Below, piece after piece: positions 40,301-51,306 of a stretch of 64,000 nucleotides of DNA. Made by a program: the position numbers and the translations under genes. The notes under the pieces were generated by a model, which was not told the DNA's origin, did no database searches, and saw only the letters and a program-made list of their open reading frames with translations. The DNA comes from an uncultured Hormoscilla sp. GTDB lineage: Bacteria; Cyanobacteriota; Cyanobacteriia; Cyanobacteriales; Desertifilaceae. Within the stretch, counting starts at the first letter, position 1. Each line of letters starts with the position of its first letter. The stretch spans positions 672,001 through 736,000 of the forward strand of contig OZ001293.3 in assembly GCA_963921275.4 (NCBI GenBank). Direction: 5' to 3'.

Positions 40301-40980
40301 AGCAGTCTTTCTCCGGAACGTAAGCGTTTTTCGATATCCCGAGCTGTGGCCCCCTCATTCAGCCAGAAGCCAGCTGCATCAATCCTGTCTTTCCCGCCGA
40401 TCAGGAATTTACAGAAAGTTTCGCCCATAGAGTAACATTGGATTTCAATGCAGCCGAGTTGTTTGCGAACCAGTTCTGTAAAGAAGCCTGCGAATAGACC
40501 GGCGTATAGGTGGCAAACTGGCTTGCCTACATCTCCCAGGGTGCGGGCCACCGCCGAATCAAACAGGTTGATGAACATAAATCCCTGTTTGCGATCGCCC
40601 ATATCTACTTCCCAACGACCCCAACCTTGAGAAGTAAACGGCCACTACCAAGTTTCTAGTAAAAACATCAGGTTTGATTGCCGCATATTGCGTTCAAACT
40701 CCTGTTCAAACCACTTTTCAAAGAAGAAAGCGTCTTTTTGACCCCATTCGCAGCCGATCGTATACATAATAGCAGCTGAGGCATCCCCTACTTCCTCCTC
40801 TAACCCTTCTACCAGACCGATGATGAAGTCTTCAGAGGTGAGGACGTTTTGATCACCATTCCAGTCTACGATGCTGCCTCGGTCCTGGTCGAACTGGAAA
40901 AAATCCTGAAAGCCATAGTGATTGTGCTTCTTGGGGTTCTTCTGCTTCAGTCTGTGCAGCAGTGGATTTGCATCTACCAT
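40297..40980 (-). pseudogene. V4R domain protein (Slr0147-like) with in-frame TAG at 40645-40647
   Basis: LETW*WPFTSQGWGRW; both ORF halves are in the same frame. Confidence 0.85.
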
Positions 40981-41428
40981 AGTTTTGTCATGTTAGAAGT
41001 GGTTAATTTGTCAAGGGGTAAAATATCCAATTTTTCCGGCTCGGTGCCTGCCATTATACTATTGCAGACTTAAAAATCATCATTGAGAACTATACTGCGA
41101 ACCGTCAGGAACTACGCTTATTCTAGCAGCAAATATGTCCGGAGCGAGGGGGGGGATAATTGAAAGATCCAAGTGCTCTAAGAGTAACTCCCCCTGCCCC
41201 CGAAGCAATCTCCACACGCTGAGCTGGAGATTGCTAGTGCTCCGAAGCCTGTTGCGAGGTACGAAGCAATCTGCCGCTGCGCTTTTACGAAGTGCGCGTA
41301 GCGCTACGGGGGGGTCTGACAGTTTTGCATACACAGTTACTGCTTTGGGAGCCCCCCCACCGTTCCGGAAAAATCGCAATGACACCAACTTCTCCATTTG
41401 GCGTTCTTCTCTCCCTTTCAAAGTATAT

Positions 41429-41911
41429 TTAGGCATCGGTTGTCTTGGTCATGTATGATCCGATCTGGAAGTCAGTATTTTCCAGCTGCTTGAGGGTTGA
41501 TCGGGTGATCAGCTTGCCAGACTCTACTAGGACTTCGCCGGTGACTGGATGAAGCATATCCGTTTGGGCGCGACGGCCAATTAGGGCCTCAATGTCCTGC
41601 AAAGATTTGACATACATCCCCGGAGGCAGTTCAACGACGACACCGTCTTGCAAAACTCTCGATTGGCAAGCTAGTCGGGAATTGGGCTTACAGGAGGTAA
41701 TAATCTCTAGAGTGCGTTGTTCGCGGCGGGACATCCCGGACAGGAAATCCATGCCCTGCTTGATATACACGTGGCAGGTAGCACACATACCCCGTCCGCC
41801 GCATTCCTTGAGCACATCTAATTCCTTATCAATGAGGATAGACAGGAGATTGCCATTGGTTTCCACCTCAGTGAAGGTGGCGATCGGTTCTAGTTTGACA
41901 ATTTTGACCAT
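41429..41911 (-). CDS. 2Fe-2S ferredoxin with C-terminal extension (Slr0148-like)
   Basis: CGGRGMCATC..SRLACQ. Confidence 0.88.
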   Translation of the reverse strand: MVKIVKLEPIATFTEVETNGNLLSILIDKELDVLKECGGRGMCATCHVYIKQGMDFLSGMSRREQRTLEIITSCKPNSRLACQSRVLQDGVVVELPPGMYVKSLQDIEALIGRRAQTDMLHPVTGEVLVESGKLITRSTLKQLENTDFQIGSYMTKTTDA

Positions 41912-41945
41912 TAAATCGTTCTCCGTTAGCGCTAAGGCCTTAGGA

Positions 41946-42833
41946 CTAGGGTAACAACAGTTCTTTTTGTCGGGGGTTGAGGGCTTTTTGCTCAACTAGG
42001 ACGGGAAAGTCGCGGATGACTTTGGTACATCTGTTGATAAATGCTGCCACCCAGGACTGAAGCCACTCGATTTCCTGCTCTCGAACTTCCCCAGACTCTG
42101 ACTGGGTGGGAGAACCTAGAAAGCTAATTTGGGCTTTGCGGTTGACTTGGAAGTGGTTGAGCCACTCAATATTCTTGGGGCGAGAAGACTTCCAGTAATT
42201 GCTAATCACAACCACTCCTAGGTATTGGGTGGTGAACTCAGACAGGTGGTTGAGGGCTGCCAGGATGTCTTTGAGGGTAACTTGGTTTTCCTGATTATTG
42301 GCGTCATTAGGCGGCGGGGCGGAGTTTTTGAAGCCATTGCGCGAACCAGTATATGTGCCTGATGCTGTTGTCCTGTCCGGAACAGCTGCCTGGAAGCTTG
42401 GCCCGGACTTAGTCTCATCATCGCCTGTACCAGGCTTCCAGTAGCCTTCACCCGACAGAGTTATATTACCAGCTAGCAGGCGAAAGGTGGCTACGCCCGT
42501 GGATAGATCGGCGATGAGTGCTGCTTTGAGTCTTTGGAGAGCTGGTAAATAATCGGAGTAGACTAGATCGCTGCTAGTCAGCACCAGCAGGATCATGCCG
42601 GACGCTAGTTTGTAAATATAAACTTGGTGTGCTGCGAATTGAAATTCAAAAGACTCAAAGCTATCGGGCGTCGTCTCGACCACCTGGCGGATGCCCTGAG
42701 CTAGCGCTTCTTTCTGCTGGAAGTTCAGAGTGCTATCCACGCCATAAAAGTAGGGGCGGGATCGCCTATCCATGACGGCCACACCCGCAATTCCTGGTAC
42801 ATTCAGAAAGTACTCGACTACCTCCCGGTTCAT
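41946..42833 (-). CDS. Conserved cyanobacterial hypothetical protein (roadblock-like N-terminus)
   Basis: 295-aa ORF heading the cluster; FLNVPGIAGVAVMD. Confidence 0.65.
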   Translation of the reverse strand: MNREVVEYFLNVPGIAGVAVMDRRSRPYFYGVDSTLNFQQKEALAQGIRQVVETTPDSFESFEFQFAAHQVYIYKLASGMILLVLTSSDLVYSDYLPALQRLKAALIADLSTGVATFRLLAGNITLSGEGYWKPGTGDDETKSGPSFQAAVPDRTTASGTYTGSRNGFKNSAPPPNDANNQENQVTLKDILAALNHLSEFTTQYLGVVVISNYWKSSRPKNIEWLNHFQVNRKAQISFLGSPTQSESGEVREQEIEWLQSWVAAFINRCTKVIRDFPVLVEQKALNPRQKELLLP

Positions 42834-43109
42834 AGATATCTTATATGTCTATTTATTTTATTGCCGTTTCATGCCACAAAGTTATTGTGGGGAAGTTCTT
42901 GAGCGTAACAATTGTGGTATATCTGTACAACAGCCAGCGACCGATTGAGAACCCTGCCCTATCTCCCGACCCCTAGGAGCACAAAGGGGAGATAGGCCTA
43001 ATCATTATGTCATTTTCTCACCCTCTTACCAGTCGATGATGTCCCGTAGAACAGGTTCCGAATTATAAGCTGACAGCTGACTGCCTGCAATCGGTGCCTG
43101 TTGACCCCT

Positions 43110-43285
43110 CGGTGTCTCCTATGAAGTGCTCCTACGATGTCTTTTGTGCGATTAGCGCTCTGTATCTCCCCTTTTGTGCGATTAGCGCTCTGTATCTCCC
43201 CTTTTGTGCGATTAGCGCTCCCAGGGGACGCCTCGCCCCAGGAGATACCTCGCCTCGGGAGACATCTCCCAACCAGGAGACACCG
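43110..43285. repeat. Nested GACAYC palindromes with 30-bp tandem units CTTTTGTGCGATTAGCGCTCTGTATCTCCC
   Basis: Direct inspection; similar to 6014-6192. Confidence 0.75.
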
Positions 43286-43424
43286 CTGTCCGGAGTAGAT
43301 GGTGACGATTTTAGGTATAGCAAATATGTCTGATGACCTTCGTTTCACTTTGGAGCAGTTACGCATTCTCAAAGCGATCGCCGCTGAGGGCAGCTTCAAG
43401 CGTGCTGCTGACAGTCTCTATATA

Positions 43425-44436
43425 ACCTAAGTTGCGACCTATTAAAAAAAATATGAATTACCCACTTAGACTTTACAGATATTTGGGATATTTCGTAGCT
43501 TTTGATACAAAATTATATTTTTTTTGTGCTATACGGCGGGTTGGCTGTTTATAGGTTATAATGTACTAAAATAATAGTTAATTGCTGGGGGATGTAGATG
43601 ATGGAAGATATGATTACAACAATTTTTGTTCTTTGTGACGAGCTACTAAAAGCGTTAAATATAAAAGAAGATCCACAAGTAAAAATGAACAATGCCGAAG
43701 TGATGACAGTCGGATTAGTTGCTGCATATTTTTTCGGAGGACACCACGATCGCTCTTGTCAATTTATGGTCCAACACAAGTATATAAAAAATCTGTTAAG
43801 TAAAAGTAGGTTCAATCGTCGATTACACAATATTGACGAACCAATTTGGATGTTTTTCTTCCAAGTTATAGCTCAAACATTTAAAGAGCTCAATCCGGGT
43901 CAAGAATATATTCTTGATAGTTTCCCAGTGCCAGTATGTGATAATATTAGGATTGATAGATGCCAAATTTATAACAAGGAAGAATATCGAGGGTATATTG
44001 CCAGTAAAAAACGTTATTTTTATGGATTAAGAGTTCATATGTTGGTAAACAAAAATGGAAAGCCAATAGAATTTTATCTAGATACTGGTAGTTATAATGA
44101 TGTTAAAGTTTTGCAATCTTTTGGCTTTGACTTACCATCAAATTCAATAGTTTATGGAGATAAAGCTTATAATGATTATCAATTAGAGGATTTACTAAAA
44201 GAGTCGTCAAGTATAATGTTAAAACCTTTGCGAAAAAAGAACTCAAAAAGAAAAGAATATTCTTGTTTTGAATATATACAAAAAGTAACAAGAAAACAAG
44301 TTGAAACCTGTTTTAGTCGAATCACCAATTTGTTTCCCAAGTCAATTCATGCTGTTACATCTAAGGGATTAGAGTTGAAAATAATTCTCTTTATCATAGC
44401 TTTTTGTATCCAATTTTTATAGGTCGCAACTTGAGT
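43425..44436 (+). mobile_element. IS982 family element
   Basis: TIRs AC(CT/TC)AAGTTGCGACCT; TSD TATATA (43419-43424, 44437-44442); AT-rich. Confidence 0.92.
43598..44422 (+). CDS. IS982 transposase, apparently intact
   Basis: [36 protein letters not shown]. Confidence 0.92.
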   Translation: MMEDMITTIFVLCDELLKALNIKEDPQVKMNNAEVMTVGLVAAYFFGGHHDRSCQFMVQHKYIKNLLSKSRFNRRLHNIDEPIWMFFFQVIAQTFKELNPGQEYILDSFPVPVCDNIRIDRCQIYNKEEYRGYIASKKRYFYGLRVHMLVNKNGKPIEFYLDTGSYNDVKVLQSFGFDLPSNSIVYGDKAYNDYQLEDLLKESSSIMLKPLRKKNSKRKEYSCFEYIQKVTRKQVETCFSRITNLFPKSIHAVTSKGLELKIILFIIAFCIQFL

Positions 44437-45413
44437 TATATATCGCAACCGGCAGTTAGCCTGCAAGTGCAAAACTTGGAGCGGCAGTTAGAGGTGCCTT
44501 TGTTCGACCGGGGGGGCCGACGGGCTCAACTGACGGAAGCTGGCCATCTGCTGCTCAACTACGGAGAAAAAATCCTCTCGCTTTGCCGGGAAACCTGTCG
44601 GGCGATCGAGGATCTACAAAATCTCCAAGGTGGCACCTTGATTGTTGGCGCTTCTCAGACGACGGGGACTTACTTACTGCCCCGAATGATTGGTTTGTTC
44701 CGGTCTCGGTATCCTGATGTGGCCGTGCAACTACATGTTCATTCTACTCGCCGCACCTGTTGGAGCGTCGCGAATGGACAAATTGACTTGGCTATCATTG
44801 GTGGTGAGGTTCCCGCTGAACTGCAAGAGTCTTTAGACATTACTCCCTATGCTCAAGATGAACTGGCTTTAATTTTACCTGTATTTCATCCTCTAGCGGC
44901 TGAACCATTTATCCAAAAAGACGATCTATACCAACTCCAGTTTATTGCCTTAGATTCCCAATCGACCATTCGCAAGGTGATTGACCAGGTACTCACCCGT
45001 TGCGGCATTGATACTAGCAATCTCAAAATTGAGATGGAGTTGAATTCGATCGAAGCGATTAAAAATGCGGTACGGGCGGGATTGGGGGCCGCTTTTGTCT
45101 CAGTTGCGGCAATTGAGAAGGAGTTGGAGATGGAACTCCTCCATCGATCCAGAATTGAGGGGGTGGTGGTGCAGCGGATGCTGTCTGTGATTGTTAACCC
45201 TAATCGCTACCGCTCTAAGGCCGCAGAGACTTTTAGCCGGGAGATTCTGCCCACTTTCCATTGAGATTGTCCTGATAGTGACAATTTTGGCAGGGGCATC
45301 TATGGTTGCTATAACAGCTTTATTCCGCCTGATTTACGGGCTGTTATCTCGAATGAAAGTAGATTTGTTGATGATTAACTCTTGATTGTTAATTGTCAAA
45401 TTATAACTGTATA

Positions 45414-46385
45414 ATGAGCAAATTGAATCAACTAACCCTCAATTCTACCTTGGGTGATTTCCCCCTGCATGACTTCCAAGTGAATCCGAAAACTCCAGGC
45501 AAGGTTCTCGCTAATGTGTTTGCTTTTCGACCGGATCGGCCTGGGGCGATCATGGCTGATGAATCGCGCATGATTGGCATGATTTCTCGGCACAGGTTTA
45601 ACGATTGGATGAGTTCACCCTACGGCATAGAAGGCAATCAGCTTGTCGAAACCCAGCGGATTGAACTGGCAAATAAATCAGAGGAAATTGCCTAACTTAA
45701 TCAAGGATTTCAGCGAATTGGGCAACTGATATCTCAAAAAGCGACAAAGGCGTTTCGGGCCACTTTCTCAGGAGTAAACGTGATTTGTCGCCATACTAAC
45801 CAGATTGTAGATATCGGTCGGTTATTGAGTGAAGAACTAGAGAGAATTCAGGACAGTTATCAACTGATTAAAAGAGGGTCTCAGGAAGTCCAGCATTTGG
45901 CAGTTAAGGCAGCAATTGTAGCGAATAATTATGTGCCATAATTGCAGGGTTTTAGCCAGATAAATACTGAAATTGGGACATTAGTTAGTCAGACTTTTGA
46001 AGCGGGGCGTCAGATGGACCGTTCTGCCAATCGCTTCATGCAGAAAATTGAAGAATTTACGGAGTCTGCTCATCGGGGGATGAGGGTGACAAAGTCTCTG
46101 ATCCAAGAGATTGAACAGGCGGAGATGCCATTAGCGGGGTTGGAGACATTGGTGTAACAGCACAACAGTAATTTGAGTCTGCAAAAGGAACCTGAAACTA
46201 TTACTGCTGCTGCTAACGGCCAAGAGAATCTAGAAGAGATAGCAGAGGGATCGCGGGCCCTGGTGGAAAAGTTAGCATTAGCAGAGGCAACGCTGTCTGA
46301 TTTGCAGGAAATGGCGAGGTACAAAGATTCTGCGCCGATCGTGCGCAAGATCAGGCGAGCTTTGCATAAGCATAAAACCTATTGA
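45414..46385 (+). pseudogene. CBS-domain / methyl-accepting-like protein, fragmented
   Basis: LNSTLGDFPLHDFQV..GMISR..; several stops. Confidence 0.55.
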
Positions 46386-47080
46386 ATGTTTACTTGCGTG
46401 CCTACGATCCCGTTTGTAGTAAGGACTTTAGTCCTTACTGTTTGTCGCGCTGTTTGTAGTAAGGACTAAAGTCCTTGCCGTTCGGAAAGCGTATGTACCC
46501 TTGATAGGAATACAAGCAGAAGTTTGACTTATGCTAGATTCCGAATAATATTACAGCGCTTAACATAAAGATAGAATACAAAAATTATTGAATTGAGAAT
46601 TGATAATTGAGAAAAAATATTAGCCTCGTTTTTCCAATGTTCTGTATTAAACTGTCATGAAAAATGCTGTATATCCGGGGAATTACTGACAATTAATAAA
46701 ACCCGTAGGTCACCATCTAGAGCGCTAGCGAAACCTAACATCCTGTTTGGTTTCGTTTCTCAACCCAACCTACTGAGCTGCATTAACGATCGCGCCATAC
46801 GGATTTCCTATTATAACTTGCTCTCAGGCAAAGATAATTAATAGCTTGAAAAAAAATAGGCGTAGCCGCAGCTTGCTTTATTGAAAAAATAGCCAGGCGA
46901 GCGGGTGTGATAGCCTGATGTTTTGTTGTAAATTTAGGTGATGTTGACATTGGGGCTGAAGGAATGCTAAGCTGAGCGAAGCAAAAACTTGCAAGAGGGC
47001 AGCTACGGAAGAATTAGCGCTAAAGCGCAACTAAAAATGGGGCGATCGCCCGAAACAATTTCATCCCCAGCAGCAAAGTG

Positions 47081-47220
47081 GGCACTGGAGAGCGTATAAT
47101 TAAAAGGATCGTCTGAAATCCTCATCCAGTAAGGGATATAGCCATTTTATCCTCTGGGAACGAAACACCTGCCCTGTAAGGGTTTCAGCAGTTTTCTTGA
47201 ATCTTACGCTCTCCAGTGCC
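47081..47220. mobile_element. MITE (140 bp)
   Basis: TIRs GGCACTGGAGAGCGTA; 8-bp TSD GCAAAGTG. Confidence 0.85.
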
Positions 47221-47559
47221 GCAAAGTGAAATCAACTCAAATATGAAGTAAAACAGCTTTTTCGATTACTGTCGGGGCAAATTCTGTTTCTGCCTAGCGA
47301 TCGTCGCGCACTTCGTATCGGGCGATCACAATCAGACTGTACAACTGGGGGTGAAAATTCAGCCCGGAAACCGCACTTTTGCTATGAATTTGTGCCAATA
47401 TATAGATAATTTGGATGTTAATAGTCAATGGCGAGGCTATGTCCCTTGACAGGCGTGTAAAAATAGAATATCACCCCTATCAAGGGACATCGGTGGCGAA
47501 TGGATAATAGATAATAGCAATCAAAAATAATTAAAAAAAAATGAAAACTCAACTAAATA

Positions 47560-48910
47560 ATAATTTATTATGATGGGGCAAGTATCGCAATATTATGATA
47601 TTATTTGCTCTGTTTATTACTTTTAAGATCGGCGTTATGGTTCCAAATTTTCTCAGATATTTACAATTAAATAAGATGGGATCAGCATCAACCTATCAGG
47701 TCGTCAGCCCATGCTCTCCCAAGGCACGTTTAAAGCATTGCTGCTACTGCAAATACAGGTATAAAAAGATATTACTGTTGCCCAAAACTAACTGGCGATC
47801 GCCTACAATTTGTTTAAAAACTCTGACTGATTTCAATTCCGGTGTCATGGTAACAGGCGGTGAAGGACAACCTGTTTTTCTGACAGCTGTGGAGAATGAC
47901 AAAGCCAAGAGGATCGTCGGACAGGCCCTGGATATTTGGCTCTCTTATAAACAGAAATTAATCCCCATTTTAACTGCGAAAATACTATTGAACCAGAAAA
48001 GCTGCAAGAGGCTATCGCCTATGACAGCATAACCTCCAACTATTGGACTTAATAAATAGTTTTACCTTTGAATTAGAACAGATTACTAATCGCAAAGCTA
48101 CCGCTTGACAGCTCATCCAAACTTTTGGTATACTTCTGGCATTGTTTAAGTTTTTGATTCTGTTGTATCACACCTTAATAAAATTACAAGCTAGTGATGC
48201 CGAAATCGCCCAGGATCATCAGGAAATATCAGCCCTGAACCAGCAACTAACAGCGGAAAATAGCCGCATCAATGCTGAGATAGACGTGACGCGGAAATTG
48301 CAACAGATGCTCCTACCTAAAGAGCAGGAACTGAGTCAAATTATAGAGCTAGATATTGCAGGCTTTATGGAACCAGCTGCGGAGGTAGGTGGCGACTACT
48401 ACGACGTGCTTTATGGCAATGGGAGAGTAAAAATTGACAGCGGCGATGTCACGGGACATGGGTTAGAAAGCGGCGTCTTGATGATTATGGTGCAAACAGC
48501 AGTGCGTACCATGCTAGCAAATAATGAAACAGATACAGTTAAAATATTTAACGCCATAAACCGCACAATTTACGATAACGTGCAGCCAGTATCACTTGAC
48601 ATCCGCGATCTAATATATTACCATATCACGGATGTCAAGTGATACTGCCGGGTAAATTCCGAGAAAAACCTCACCCTCGCCTGGCTGGATTACTATGATG
48701 GTATCCCTCAGTTTGAGCGGACAACATGAAACTCTGATTGTGGTGCGCTCTAGCGGCGTGGTAGAACGGATTGATACGATCGACCTAGGTTTCCCGATCA
48801 GGCTGGAGTCCGACATTACCGATTTCATCGCCTCAACTAGGGTAGAGTTGCGGGGAAGTGGTGGCGCTGTATACTGATGGGATTATCGAAGCAGAAAATG
48901 ACCAAGGAGT
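47560..48910 (+). pseudogene. PP2C/SpoIIE phosphatase with sensor region, fragmented
   Basis: EVGGDYYD, GDVTGHGLESG, LYTDG; palindrome insertion 48588-48646. Confidence 0.8.
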
Positions 48911-49107
48911 GCTCTACGCTCAACCTGCGTCAGCTAGAATTTCTCAATAGTTCTGGCATCAGTATGCTCTCCAAATTTGTCATCAAGGTACGTCAGAAAA
49001 AAAATGTTACCATTTTGGTAATTGGCTCTAAAGGCATCCCCTGGCAGGGCAAGTCCTTGACAAATTTGCAGCGCCTAATGCCTAATTTGACCCTGGAGTG
49101 GGAATAA
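48911..49107 (+). pseudogene. C-terminal part of an Slr1659-like STAS regulator joined by deletion to the PP2C remnant
   Basis: LEFLNSSGISMLSKFVI..IPWQGKSL.NLQRL. Confidence 0.7.
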
Positions 49108-49182
49108 GTGCCGATGCTGCTACCAGTAACGTAAGCGTAAGGTGGGCACTGCCACCCTACATTTGACAACTAACCATTAATA

Positions 49183-49896
49183 TCACGGAGAGTCAGCGTT
49201 ATCAGGGATGGGTAAACAAATCTGATTATCTCCCTCAGTGCGGATCAACCCCTTCGATCGCAACTTGCCCATCAAGCGGGTAACCGTCACGCGGGTAGAA
49301 CCAATGGCGCTACCAATTTGGGCATGAGTTAATGACAAAGGCAGACAGTAACCGTTTTCACAGGATTCGCCGTATTCCTCAACCAACAGGTTGAGAAATC
49401 CTAACAGCCGGTCAATAGTACGCCGCTGTCCCAGAGTACTCAACCACAATAACTTCCGCTGGTGCTGATAACGAAAAGCATTCATCACCTCTCGCCGGAA
49501 GTGGGGCCAGTTATCCAAATCTTGCCAGTACATCCACACCACAGAGGTTTTGTCTATATGGGCATAACTTTCGATAGTAAAGGGCGAATGTGCTACAATC
49601 TCAAAAGGCTGTCCAGCTCCGACAAAACCTAAAAAAGATTCTTCTGGCGTCCAGTCGCTCAGATCTCGATGGCGAGTGAATCGCGACGAAGTGCTAGTAG
49701 CGGTGGCACTGACTTTGGAAATGCTCACCAGTCGGACAGCACCCCGTTGTACTAAATAGAGTAACCCCGGACGCACCGGAACCTTATCGTCTTTGTTAAA
49801 ATTCCGACACCTGTAATGTTCTTGGGCCCAGTCGATAATCCGTTGCCAAGTTAAAAAGGGCCGAGATGCCTCTGATTCTTGAGAAAGTGAAAACAT
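49183..49896 (-). CDS. devH: Crp/Fnr family regulator DevH
   Basis: RPFLTWQRIIDWAQEHYR; LTHAQIGSAIGSTRVTVTRLMG HTH. Confidence 0.9.
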   Translation of the reverse strand: MFSLSQESEASRPFLTWQRIIDWAQEHYRCRNFNKDDKVPVRPGLLYLVQRGAVRLVSISKVSATATSTSSRFTRHRDLSDWTPEESFLGFVGAGQPFEIVAHSPFTIESYAHIDKTSVVWMYWQDLDNWPHFRREVMNAFRYQHQRKLLWLSTLGQRRTIDRLLGFLNLLVEEYGESCENGYCLPLSLTHAQIGSAIGSTRVTVTRLMGKLRSKGLIRTEGDNQICLPIPDNADSP

Positions 49897-50180
49897 AGGC
49901 GACCAATTGTAGATATAGGATGGTATAATTTTGGTTGTTAACCCACAACCAGCAGCGCTGCAAATCGTAAATCCAAGAGTTCCAACGGGTACATTAGCTA
50001 CAATCAAACAAGCCAAATTAACTCCCGGTGTCTCCTATGCATGTGCGAGTAGGGGTCGGGAGACACCGCACCGGATAGAACTTACCCAGATATAAATGTC
50101 CCTGGTAAGTGTTTTATTCATCATTTGTCCCATATATAGAGTAGTAAAAAATACTTGTTCTAGACTAAAGAAAAATTGTT

Positions 50181-51249
50181 TTGTGTAAATTAGTGGTTTC
50201 TACGTCAGAGTTGAGTTTCCCAGAGCAGCCATCAACTCAGAGGATTTTCCCCACTGCTGCATGTCCTGCTTTTAAGTGCCTGCTACTAGATCGGCTTTTG
50301 CAGGTGATCGACCTACAGAATATTACACAGACCGATAATGGGCGATCGCCCCTCAAGGCTATGCTCTGGGAACGCTATGACGATGGTGCTAGCATCATCT
50401 ACAGGTCGGCGATCGCCCTCCGACTAGCCAGATCCCGACAGCTGAGCCCCCAGGACCTATGCGGTGTCTTCTGGTCGCTCGATGTCTCCCATATGGAATA
50501 CATGCTACGAGAGGCTTTTGGGGATGATTTCACTATACTCGTAGTGAGTCCTGGTTGGATTCAGCTGAGTCTCGGAGATTCTAGTTTAGCCCATTGGCTG
50601 CAATTTTTTACACAGACCTCATTCCCAATCAATTCTGAGTGGGTTATGTCTGTCCGGTCATCCTCTCAGCAACCGCCGGCGGACAGGATATTCCAGTGGC
50701 AATATGCTCATGCACACGGCTACGCCTGCTGTTCCCTCCTGCGGAACGGCGATCGCTCAGGGTCGATCGCGCAGCGTGCGGGCAGCGCAATCGCCCTCTT
50801 GCCCAACCCACCGTCGGCGACACTCGGCTGGCGGGCGATCGGGCCGATTGACTGGCTCACCTGCGAGGGTCAACTACGACTGGTGCATCCAGCTGAGCGC
50901 CAGCTGATTGGCCAGTTGTTAGCAACGGTGGATGGACTTTGTTGTCCCGACCGCCCACCCCAAGTCCGCACCTTCGATGTCTCGGGAGAGCTTGATGTCC
51001 CCCGGACGCACGGCGAAAACCCGGGGGACATCATATTCGCACTACTCCCGAGACATCGCTGTCCAATTAGTCCAGTCTTTAAGTCAGAGTTTTCTGACTT
51101 TTGAGAGTGCTTGTCGGATTTGGGGGGAGGTAAAAACCCAGACACCGCAGTTAGCGACTGCGAGATTGGGATTAATTTTAGCAGTTCAGCAAATCCTGAA
51201 ATTGTTGCTATCAGAGGTTTTGGGCGTTTTTGCTCCCAGCGAAATTTAA
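50181..51249 (+). pseudogene. DALR anticodon-binding domain protein, frameshifted by repeat insertions
   Basis: YRSAIALRL, PGWI, QYAHA..CCSLL, ARLGLI..VQQIL..LGVFAPSEI in a second frame. Confidence 0.75.
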
Positions 51250-51276
51250 ATTTTGAAAAAAAATTTGCTTTAGGGG

Positions 51277-51305
51277 GTGACAAATCGATCTTAGTGGGTT
51301 ATAGT
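51277..51305 (+). promoter_or_regulatory. Putative sigma70 promoter for the 6S RNA locus
   Basis: GTGACA-17 nt-TATAGT. Confidence 0.5.
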
Positions 51306-51306
51306 A

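Larger units (their letters stand above)
43326..45264 (+). pseudogene. rbcR: LysR regulator RbcR/PacR interrupted by IS982
   Basis: [46 protein letters not shown]; synteny with nnrU-trxC-ndhF1 and devH. Confidence 0.92.

Noticed and set aside
40645..40647. Programmed TAG readthrough in the V4R gene
   Set aside because: A TGG>TAG nonsense change is simpler given pervasive pseudogenisation; no recoding signal seen.
41080..41458. ORFs between the ferredoxin and V4R genes
   Set aside because: Contain a repeat shared with ~26990-27035 and resemble no recognisable protein.
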